Positions 53,608 through 64,000 of a stretch of DNA of 64,000 bases are shown one piece after another. The notes below the pieces were generated by a model. It made no database searches, was not told where the DNA came from, and saw only the letters and a program-made list of their open reading frames with translations. Source of the DNA: Octopus sinensis (lineage: Eukaryota); NCBI RefSeq assembly GCF_006345805.1, contig NC_042999.1, positions 154,876,001 through 154,940,000 of the forward strand, in the 5' to 3' direction. The position numbers were made by a program, and so were the translations under genes. The first letter of the stretch is position 1, and each line of letters starts with the position of its first letter.

Positions 53608-53974
53608 CTTCTCCCCATGAACATATTTAATGGTCTATTGTTGAGATTTAAGTAAAAAAAAATTCTGGGATTTAAACTGTAATTTAGAAACAAAAGTTCA
53701 AAAACCAAAAAAAATGTTAGTCTTTGAATAGTATGATTTCGCAAAAATTTTCTGAAAATTCCAAAAAAAATTAAAACGTTTTGAGGGGTTATTTTCCGTA
53801 TGTAAAACAGAATTCCCCCAATTTTAATCGTCAACCAAATTGAACTGACCGGTCTTGGAAAACCTCCTAAAGCTATAGACGAAGCACTTTCCTCGGCCCA
53901 AACGAACAAATTTAAATATAACTGTAACTTATTTGTATTTTAAACTTTCAATTTTTGTTTTTCTGTTATATTAG

Positions 53975-54300
53975 GTATGTCACTGCCCCGGGTTTGACAC
54001 CAAGAACTATCGTCAGTACAGTTGGAAACAGTTTTGTCGGCGATTTCGACAAAGTAGAGAAATGGAAGAGATATGATTTCAAAGAAAATTCTAGCGAGTT
54101 ACACGATAAATACGACCCGTATACTACGAAATTTCGTTATGCCATCAATGATATTAAAGATCTTGGTAAATCTCCAAGTTATGTTATACCGACACCACTG
54201 GAAATAAACGTTGATGAGAGTAAAACCATATGCTTAGGAACTAGAGATTGGGTGGTTATATACCCGGATGTGCTTCTTAATGAGGCTAACTACTTAACAA
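53975..54300 (+). CDS. GH20 chitobiase-type hexosaminidase exon 3
   Basis: Acceptor ttag|G completes the Trp codon (PNW-YVTAPGLTPRTIVST...KWKRYD...DKYDPY...VIPTPLE). Donor A|GTAAGT at 54301, phase 1. Confidence 0.9.
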
Positions 54301-54739
54301 GTAAGTAGAGCGTTTATTGTTTATTATAATTAAATAATTTCTCTTCGGAAGGAAAGTGAACAAATGCGTAGTGGAATCTGCGGCTAACTCCAAAAAAGAA
54401 GATAATCTCAAGAATCCTCCGAGATAAAGCGGCGAGCTGGCAAAATTGTTAGTGCGTCGAGCAAAATGCATAGCGACATTCCTTTCAGCTCTCTACGTTC
54501 TGAGATCAACTTTGCATTTCATTTTATCGAGATCGATAAAATAAAGTACCAATCAAATTTCAGGGTTGGTAGTTGTGACTCAGCACCTCCCCGAACAAAT
54601 TGTTTGCCTTTCACCAATGTTTGAAACAATATTAGATAATTTCCCCATAAAGATTGACCATACTACCGAAGTCAGAAGACCAGATATGATAAAATAAACG
54701 GTGTAAGGTTATACATTTTGTAATTTCCTCTGGAAGTTA

Positions 54740-55478
54740 AGGCGGCGAGCTGGCAGAAACGTTAGCACGCCGGGCGAAATGCTTAGCGGTATTTCGTCTG
54801 CATTACATTGTGAGTTCAAATTCCGCCGAGGTCGACTTTGCCTTTCATCCTTTCGGGGTCGATAAATTAAGTACCAGTTACGCACTGGGGTCGATGTAAT
54901 CGACTTAATACTTTTGTCTGTCCTTGTTTGTCCCCTCTGTGTTTAGCCCCTTGTGGGTAATAAAGAAATAGGTGTACGGTTATACATTTTGTAATTTCCT
55001 ATGGAAGTTAAGGCGGGGAGCTGGCAGAATCGTTAGCACGCCGGACGAAATGCGTAGCCGTATTTCGTCTGCCGTTACGTTCTGAGTTCAAATTCCGCCG
55101 AGGTCGACTTTGCCTTTCATCCTTTTGCGGTCAATTAAATAAGTACCAGTTACACACTGGTGTCGATATAATCGACTTAATCCGTTTGTCTGTCCTTGTT
55201 TGTTCCTTCTGCGTTTAGCCCCTTGTGGGTAGTAAAGAAACAGGTATTTAGTCTGATTTAATTTTCTGAGTTCAAATTTCGCCAAGGTCGACTTTGCCTT
55301 TCATCCTTTCGGGGTCGATAAAGTAGCAGTTGCGTCATGGGGTCGATCTAATCGACTGGCTCCCTCTCCAGAAATTTCGGGCCTTGCGCTAGAGTAGAAA
55401 AGAATATTTAAGGCGGCGAGCTGGCAGAAACGTTAGCACGCCAGGCGAAATGCTTAGCGGTGTTTCGTCTGCCATTAC
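54740..55478 (+). mobile_element. Multimeric S3 SINE array
   Basis: Tandem units, plus a ~40-bp duplicated flank (gttatacattttgtaatttcct..ggaagtt) at ~54700 and ~54972. Confidence 0.8.
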
Positions 55479-55479
55479 T

Positions 55480-56065
55480 AGTTAGCAACTTCCTTATGTT
55501 TCTATCTAAATTGTTTAGTCTACTGTCTATGCGATTACCCCTGCTCCATATCTAAGGAGTGACCCCACCCCCCGATGTTAATAGCTACAATCTTATTCCA
55601 TCCGTTTAATTTCGACTTAAGGATCAGTCGCAGTCTGTGCAAGTACTCCACCTTAAATTTTTCTGTCATTCCTTTCTCCATCAATTTATCTATTTCCAAA
55701 ATCCCCAAGTACTTATAGCCTGTCTCTTCTATTTGCTTCATAATCTCCCCCGACGGCATCGCTAGCCCATCCATACATTTGATTTTGCCTCTCTTCAAGA
55801 CTAACACACCACACTTTTTCAGTCCGAACTCCATTCTGATATCAGCGCTGAAAGATATACACCGTATCAATGACGGAACTGACTCGGGATTCATCTTTAC
55901 CATAAAGTTTGAGGTCATCTAGGAACAACATTTGGTTGACTTTTTGTTGGCGTCTTTTGAATACATACCCAGCCCCTCCTTTTCTCATAATCAGTGTTAG
56001 TGGTATCAAGCACAGTACAAAGATCAATGAGGACAGACAGTCCATTTGGAAGATGCCTCTCCTGA
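55480..56065 (-). mobile_element. Dong/R4-like RT fragment
   Basis: DCLSSLIFVLCLIPLT, LFLDDLKLY, IRMEFGLKKC, YKYLGILE and KSKLNGWNKIVAIN. Frameshifted. Confidence 0.75.
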
Positions 56066-56130
56066 GTTGATTCTCCTGTTTATTATTATTGTTGTTGTCG
56101 TTGCTGTAATCATCATCATCATCATCATCA

Positions 56131-56443
56131 CCTCTCGAAAGAGCTGTTCTTCACTCCTGCTCCAGAGCGTCGGCTGCGGGGTCACTCCGAAAAGCTCTAT
56201 CTGCGACGATTTCATCTCAATCGAAGGAGAGGGGCTTTCTCCGCCCGGGTTGCGGATCCGTGGAATAAGCTGCCGGACGAGATAGTGAAGATGCCGACGA
56301 CCGCTTTGTTCAAAGTCTCTCTTGACCAGAAATGGCCTGAACTCTTTGCATGAACACCCTCCCTGTACATAACTCTATGTCCCCCTACATGGCCTTGCTT
56401 TTTGTTTTTTGAGCCAAAAAACTAACTTAACTTAACTTAACTT
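56131..56443 (+). mobile_element. CR1-like LINE 3' end
   Basis: Hand translation RLRGHSEKLYL...AFSARVADPWNKLPDEIV...FKVSLD, stop at 56351-56353. Ends in a (CTTAA)n tail and sits within (ATC)n. Confidence 0.7.
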
Positions 56444-56518
56444 ATCACCATCATCATCCTCATTATAAATCTGTAATCGTTTTCATGGATTTCTAAATGT
56501 TTACCGTAATTTTTTTAG

Positions 56519-56949
56519 AAAAACTGCCTGTGACGAAAACCAAACAGAAACCGCTCAATCGCTATATCGAGTTGGATATAAAACCAGTTAAGGTGACAAT
56601 TAATGGAAAATTACAAGAGAAAGCGGAAGCTTATACTTTGGAAGTGGTTCCGGGAAAGGAATATATCAAAATAACTGGTCAAGATGCTGCTGGAGTATTT
56701 TATGGCATACAGTCACTAATGAGTTTGACTAGTGACAACTACATCATACCGAAGTCAAACATAACAGACGCCCCACGATTTGCTTACCGCGGTATGGAGT
56801 TTGATGTGGCGCGAAACTTTTTCGGCAAGGAGACTGTGTTTAAATTATTCGATATGATGGCAATTTATAAGCTGAACCGCTTTCATTTTCATCTGACCGA
56901 TGATGAAGGCTGGAGGTTGAAGTTCGAGGGTTTAGAAGAACTAACTAAG
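56519..56949 (+). CDS. GH20 hexosaminidase exon 4 (GH20b domain and start of catalytic TIM barrel)
   Basis: Acceptor ttttttag. Contains the canonical GH20 motifs EAYTL, GVFYGIQSL, ITDAPRFAYRGMEFDVARNF and KLNRFHFHLTDDEGWRL. Donor AAG|GTGAGG, phase 0. Confidence 0.95.
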
Positions 56950-57734
56950 GTGAGGCGATAGCAATGTATTCACACAATTTGATTTTGTTTTGTTCTATTG
57001 TTACGTTTCCTTCGTCGCAATTTTCTTTGCAGATGTACATACACACAGACACACACATACACACACACATCTATGGACTATGAACAAGGGGTTTGCAAAT
57101 CCAGTAATCAAGATACACTTTCAATTTCGTACCTATTATTATTGGAGCAAGAAGGTACATACCAACAAGTCTGGAGCAAAATTTGGTTGAACTTGGAAAC
57201 TTGAAGAGAGAACGCCGAGGTCGACTTTGCCTTTCGTCCTTTCGGGGTCGATAAATTAAGTACCAGTTACGCACTGGGGGCGATGAAATCGACTTAATCC
57301 GTTTGTCTCTCCTTGTTTGTCCCCTATGTGTGTAGCCCCTGGTGGGCAATAAAGAAATAGGTATTTCGTCTGTCTTTACGTCCTGAGTTCAAATTCCGCC
57401 AAGGTCGACTTTGTCTTTCATCCTATCGGGGTCGATAAATTAAGTACCAGTTACGTACTGGGGTCGATCTAATCGATTGGACCCCTCCCCCAAAATTTCG
57501 GGCCTTGTGCCTAGAGTAGAAAAGAATATGTCTCTGGGAATATTCTAAGTGTTTCTGTTTAATTAGTTGCTGGAAATAAGCGCCGGATTATCCAACAATG
57601 TTTACCGCAGACAGCTTGATATTCTATCTTGATTAAGATTTATTTCTCAACTACTAAATGTCAAACAGAACCACTTGAAAATCTCTCAAGACTCGGTGGA
57701 CAGTCTTGTTTTTAATTTCTTTTTGACTACATTT

Positions 57735-57903
57735 TCTTCTTCTTCTTCTTCTTCTTCTCTTCTTCTTCTTCTTCTTCTTCTTCTTCTTCTTCTTCTTCTT
57801 CTTCTTCTTCTTCTCCTCCTTCTCCTTCTCTTTCTCCTTCTTCTCCTCCTCCTCCTCCTCATTATTATTATTACTATTATTATTACTATAGATAGATAGG
57901 AGG

Positions 57904-57935
<32 letters not shown>

Positions 57936-57945
57936 CATACATACA
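57735..57945. repeat. (CTT)n, (ATT)n, (GATA)n compound microsatellite
   Basis: Direct reading. Confidence 0.95.
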
Positions 57946-57965
57946 CACGTGTGTTTATGAATATA

Positions 57966-58267
57966 TCTTTATATATAAAACTGTAGTTGTGTGAGTGTCT
58001 GTCCCCTTCGATTTAGATTCCTAACTACTCCCACATTTTGCGGTGCAGTTTAACCAAATTCGGGTAGCTTATAGTCGTGATTCATATCGAGCCCGTCTGG
58101 GTATTAGCGCGCGTCTACGATGAGTCTATGATTTTAAAAATAATTTAACATCATTTTTTATTCCATTTTAATGCATTTTTTTGCTATTTTTTTTGCTATA
58201 ACTCTCTAAAAATGCTTATATAGTTATTTCCCTTACAAACACGAGCAGCGCCGGGCGATACTGCTAG
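57966..58267 (+). mobile_element. Mini non-autonomous Helitron
   Basis: TC head. Shares the body ttagattcctaactactccc...gcgcgcgtctacgatgag with 2348, 4601 and 37157. Ends in CTAG at 58264-58267. Confidence 0.8.
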
Positions 58268-58599
58268 TATATATATATATGTTTCTGCTACAAGATGCAA
58301 TGCACTCACAGATGAATGCTTGAGTATCACCGTGTAGTCTCATTGGAGCTTCAAACATGAAATATATATATATATATATATATATATATGACATATAAAA
58401 CAAAGTGAAGTTGTAAGGTACCTCACGAGTGGAAATATATATGAAAGAAGGTTTGAAAATGCAATTTTAAAGATGTTTTATTCACTTGACCGGTTTCACT
58501 TTTTTAGTAAAAGATTGTCAACAGTAAAATGTAAAAGCTTTGTATAAGCTTTGTTGTGTTAAGTACTGGTAGTGGAAACATATATAGTGTAGCAGCAAT

Positions 58600-58650
<51 letters not shown>

Positions 58651-58694
58651 TATAGATATAGATATACATACATATACATATAAATACATACATA

Positions 58695-58746
<52 letters not shown>

Positions 58747-59039
58747 ATATATATATATATATACATAAGGATAAGCATATCAAAAGGGGTCCGTAGGAAA
58801 ACTCATTTAAATAAAAGTTTTGGGAACCACTGATGTATTTTTTATATTTTTCATGAACTATACCGCAAACATACATACACACACGTATGTATGTATATAT
58901 GTATGCACACACACACACATATATGTATATGTGTATATATATATCTATATATATATATCTATGTTGCATCTATGTTGCATAGATATATATATAGATATAT
59001 ATATATACACATATACATATATGTGTGTGTGTGTGCATA

Positions 59040-59792
59040 GATGCTGAAATCATCAACAGAATCTCCAAGGCAAGCAGCGCGTTTGGGAGACTGCGAAAGA
59101 AAGTCTGGGAGCGGAGAGGAATCAGCCTCAACACCAAGCTGAAAGTCTAACGGGCAGTCGTGCTTACCATCCTACTATACGGCTGCGAGACGTGGACTGC
59201 TTACCGAAGGCACGAACGCCAGATAAACCACTTCCACCTCAGGTGTCTTCGGAACCTCCTTCACATCCGCTGGCAGGACAAAGTCCCAGACACGGAAGTT
59301 CTGAAGCAGGCAGATCTCCCTAGCACCATCACGATCATGCGCAAGGCCCAGCTGAGATGGGCGGGCCACGTCTCCCGCATGTCCGACACTCGCATCCCAA
59401 AACAGCTCTTCTACGGTGAACTCAGCCAGGGCAAACGCAAAGTCGGAGGGCAGAAGAAGCGCTTCAAGGACAGTCTCAAGGTCTCTCTCAAAGACTTCTC
59501 CATCGGCACAGAGACTTGGGAGACACTTGCTGCCGACCGCTCATCCTGGCGCAGCGCAATCACCACAGGAGCAGGGACAGCCGAGGAGGGACGGATTCGG
59601 TCAGCAGAGCAGAAACGCCAGATGCGGAAAGCCAGAGCCGCCTGCACCAGTAGCACGGCCCCTACCCACTTCTGCCCCACCTGTGGGAGGGGCTTCCTTG
59701 CCCGGATTGGCCTCACCAGCCACCTCCGGTCTCATAGCGGCAGTTCCACCAGATGATGTCAGTGGTCATCTTCGAATCCGAAGGACGAACAT
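59040..59792 (+). mobile_element. 3' fragment of RTE (BovB-like) LINE
   Basis: LLYGCETW, RWAGHVSRM, PKQLFYGEL and CPTCGRGFLARIGLTSH. One in-frame stop near 59148. GC-rich. Confidence 0.9.
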
Positions 59793-60874
59793 TATTATGT
59801 ATATATATATATACATGCATATACATACATACATACATACATACACACACACACGTATGTATGAATGTGTGTGTATGTATATGCATGTATGTATATATGT
59901 ATTTCTTTACTACCCACAAGGGGCTAAACACAGAGGGGACAAATAAGGACAGACAAACAGATTAAGTCGATTACATCGACCCCAGTGCGTAACTGGTACT
60001 TAATTTATCGACCCCGAAAGGATGAAAGGCAGAGTCGACCTCGGTGGAATTTGAACCCAGAATGTAACGGCAGACGAAATACGGCTACGCATTTCGCCCG
60101 GCGTGCTAACGTTTCTGCCAGCTCGCCGCCTTCCTTGTATGTATATATACATATACATATGTGTGTGTGTGTGCCTCTGTGTATGTGTGTGTGTGTGCCT
60201 CTGTGTAAGTGTGTGTATGTGCCTCTGCGCGTGTGTGTGTGTGTGTGTGTGTGTACGTGCGTGCGTGCGTGTATCCGGCTTCTACAGCATCCACCTGGAA
60301 AGTAAACAGCAGTTTTCTTTCGTTAATCTAAATTCGCTTGGATAACATTGATTTAATCAGGTCAAGCCGCTAGAAGAAGAAAAAGAAAAGAAATCACCTC
60401 AGTTTTGGATCTCAGGTGAGGGTTTAAGCTTGTTTATAACAAACAGTAAGGAATGCTTTTGATGAGGAAATCCAATCTATAGGTGTTGATCAACAGAACA
60501 TTACAATCACCCGAACAAACAGTTTTAACATGAACGTCTCAGCCCTCGGTAAACATGGCACATTTAATGGTGTGACTGTTGAATGAATGCAACATACTTA
60601 GATTGAAAGCCTCAACTTAGTATTTCTTCACCTTTTTTTGCTCTGCAACCTTCGACAAAACTCTTATTCGGTCTTAACTGACACAATATGAAACTCGTCA
60701 TTGAAAATTCACGCCGCTAAAGTACACAAACACTTCAAATAATGTCTATATGATGAATGTGCTTGTGTGTGAGTGTGTGTGTGTGTGAGTGTGTGTGTGT
60801 GTGAGTGTGTTTGTGTATGTGTGAATGTTTGTATATACATATATATATATATATATGTATGTATGTAGGCATGC

Positions 60875-60951
<77 letters not shown>

Positions 60952-61769
60952 TACACACACACGCACACACATACATACACTCACACACCACCTGGCACTG
61001 ATGCAATTATACAAATTAGTAAAGAGATCATCCCCTCCGCCCCGCTCACCTGTTCCCACATGACCTAGATAAACTAGCTATAAAAACTCCCGATGAACAG
61101 AAATATTTCGCCACTGAGTTCGATTCCACATGAGGAAAAGTAAATTATGATAGACTGGCGTCGCATCCTGGAGATTTGTTTCATATCCACTCAATGCTAA
61201 AAAAAAAAAAAAAAAATTAAATTCCATGAATCCTCTGTATCTTCTGCATTAAGGAATCTATGCATTCATAAAAGTTTCACCGTAAGGTGACGTTCCTAAC
61301 GCAAGGCAGGTTTCCATATTTCTGGCAGAATCGTTAGCATGCCGGGCGAAATGCTTAGCGGTATTTCGTCTGCCGGTACGTTCTGAGTCCAAATTCCGCC
61401 GAGGTCGACTTTGCCTTTCATCATTTTGGGGTCGATTAAATAAGTACCAGTTACGCACTGGGGTCGATGTAATCGACTTAATACCTATGTCTGTCCTTGT
61501 TTGTCCCCTCTGTGTTTAGCCCCTTGTGGGTAGTAAAGAAATAGGTTTCCATATTTCTTATAATGTCTTCCAGTGACTTCCGTGTGACATGGAAACCAAT
61601 GGAAAAGTGGGTTTCACGTTACGGAATTCCAACACATGACTTTGAAGAGTAGTAGTTTTGTAACGCGGTTGTCTATAAATTGACAAACGAAATTCTACCT
61701 CTGTAATCCAAAGATTTAAATGTTATTGTTCTCTCTTTCTTTCTTTCTTTCTTTTTTATATGTTATCAG

Positions 61770-61971
61770 GTTGGAGGACATCGATGTCACGATCTTGATG
61801 AAACGAACTGCATCATGCCACAGCTTGGCTCCGGACCCACGACGATAGGGAGTGGATCCGGTTTTTATACCAAGGAAGACTATCAGGAAATTCTTCAATA
61901 TGCCAAAGAAAGACATATTCAAGTGATTCCTGAGATCGATATGCCAGGGCATAGCCATGCTTTAAACAAAG
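61770..61971 (+). CDS. GH20 hexosaminidase exon 5 (catalytic domain); gene continues beyond the window
   Basis: Not in the ORF track; translated by hand after acceptor atcag: VGGHRCHDLDETNCIMPQLGSGPTTIGSGSGFYTKEDYQEILQYAKERHIQVIPEIDMPGHSHALNK. Includes the GH20 VIPEIDMPGH motif and the chitobiase-type RCHD...PQLGSGP insert. Donor G|GTAAGT. Confidence 0.95.
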
Positions 61972-62311
61972 GTAAGTGCTTCAAAATATAAAACTGGTTT
62001 TCGTTTTTAACGGTAGAACTCGAAGCAGAGAAAAATAATATATATATATATATATATAATATTATATTAAATTAGAGATAAAACCACTATTAGGCAAATC
62101 ATACAATGAAAAACTTAAGCCAATATATAAGATTAATTAATTTATATTATTTAAATATATATCAAAATTATTAAAAAAGATAATTAATATAACACTACGA
62201 TCGATTAAATTATCTCTAATTTAATATAATATAATATTTTACTATAAGATTGGATTCAATCCTAAATCTGATTTTTCCCTGTAAGTTTGGATTTATTCCC
62301 TAATATTTTAT

Positions 62312-62393
<82 letters not shown>

Positions 62394-64000
62394 CATACAC
62401 TCAGACACCACCTGGCACTGATACAATTACAGAAATAATAATAATAGTGTGCAAGTATTTAGAAAAAGCCGAAGGCTGCCCGTGGGACACGAAACCACAA
62501 CTGTCTGTAAACTTGACAGACGTTTTACCATTGGAACAAAGTAATCCTTTGAATTTTTCAATCCATTTTTAAAGATGTTTTGATCATACCAGCAAGAACT
62601 GTTGCTGTTTACGTCCTAAGGACGTAAATTTGGGAGGGATTAAATAATTAATTTATTACGGTGGATAAAGCTATAATTAAAAGAGTGTAAATATTGTGTC
62701 TGTGGAGGCACATGGCCCAGTGGTTAGAGCAGCGGACTCGCGGTCGAGGAATCGCAGGTTCGAATCTCAGACCGGGCGATGTGTGTGTTTATGAGCGAAA
62801 CACCTAAGCTCCATACAGCTCCGACAGAAGGTAATGGCGAATTTCTGCCTTCATCGCCACAACTTCCTCTCACAACTTCATCGCCACAACTTCCCCCTGC
62901 ATCTTGCAGCTCACCTGCGACGGACCGGTATCCCGTCCAGGTGGGGAACCTATGCGCCAAGGAAACCGGGAAACCGGCCCTATGAGCCAGGCGTGGCTCG
63001 AGAAGGAACAAACACCAAACAGCAAATATTGGGTTTAAAAAACATTTGGATCGAAAAATTCGAAGGCTGTCCGTGGGACGTAAACCCACATCTTTTATAA
63101 ATATGGCTGACGTTCTACCATGCGGTCAAAGCAATTCTTTGAATTTCTTTATCCATTTTAGACGCTTTGTTCTATCCAGGGTTTTCTTAATCCAGTATTC
63201 ACACGCTGTTACTTGCAGATTTATCTACTTCGAGTTCCAGCGTTAAAAATGGATTATTTCACGTCTTTCGAAGTTTCTAAATTTTTACGATACAAAAACT
63301 ATTTTTGTTTATTTCGGAGATGTAGTTGTCTGGAAAGTTATTTGATCCGAGACTGTGTGTTGAAACTGAAGCAATTACATGGAAGACATATTAGCCATTC
63401 ATATATACACAAAAATTGTTGACTACAGTTATAGATGTTGTAGAACTGTGTCGGTGACCAGGTCACAGATAGTACGACGAAAATGTTGACACCAAACAAT
63501 AAATGTTTAATTTTTTATTATTGAATGGCTAAATGTGACTTCCATTCTGCAATTGCTATTTTTGTTTTATTTATTTTTATGCGCCCTTTTCAAACCAAGC
63601 CAGGCTCATGGACCCGGTTTTCCGGTTTCTATGGCGTATGTGTTCCCCCCAGCTGGACGGGACGCAGTCCATCGCAGCGTTACTCAAGAAACAGGACGAA
63701 AGAGTGAGAGAAAGCTGGAGCGAAAGAGTACAACAGGGGTCGCCACCACCCCCTGCAGGAGCCTCGTGGAGCTTTAGGTATTTTCGCTCAATTAACACAC
63801 ACAACGCCCGGTCTGGGAATCGAAACCGCGAGCCCGCTGCTTCAGCCACTGGGCCATTGCGCCTCCGTTTTGGTTTAGAATAGTTGAAATAGTCTTAGCA
63901 AAGTAATGGTGCATTTGGCAGATCCGTTAGAGCATCAGCGACAAGTATTGTAATATATGTTCCGACATTTTGTGTTCTGTGTTCAAATCTCGCCGAGGTC

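Noticed and set aside
52800-53920. SINE copies with many single-base deletions and homopolymer-rich sequence (also ~31430-31930)
   Set aside because: More likely low-quality long-read consensus than biology. This is also a caution that some palindromes need read-level validation.

Overview
This is AT-rich, microsatellite- and transposon-dense animal DNA. The tRNA-derived SINE families resemble those of octopus/coleoid cephalopods (inferred from recall, not checked against a database). There is one host gene, on the + strand: a spliced GH20 beta-N-acetylhexosaminidase of the chitobiase (bacterial ChB-like) type. Four exons are well supported (49360-49738, 53975-54300, 56519-56949, 61770-61971), with GT-AG sites and consistent phases. 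A probable signal-peptide first exon lies at 11778-11835, which implies a ~37.5 kb first intron. The gene runs off the right edge. The rest is repeats: composite and mini Helitrons (with PIF1 fragments, a 166-bp satellite and a head-to-tail CTAG|TC junction), three SINE families, RTE, Dong/R4, CR1 and Penelope relics, and Merlin-, hAT- and Tc1/mariner-type elements. The most interesting signal is a set of short non-coding elements at (TA)n arrays that carry minimal type I hammerhead-ribozyme motifs. Two of them have terminal direct repeats (~340 and 403 bp period, retrozyme/pLTR-like), and others form near-perfect fold-back palindromes. Almost all short ORFs in the supplied track are microsatellite or SINE artefacts. 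Coordinates were counted by hand; repeat boundaries may be off by a few bases.
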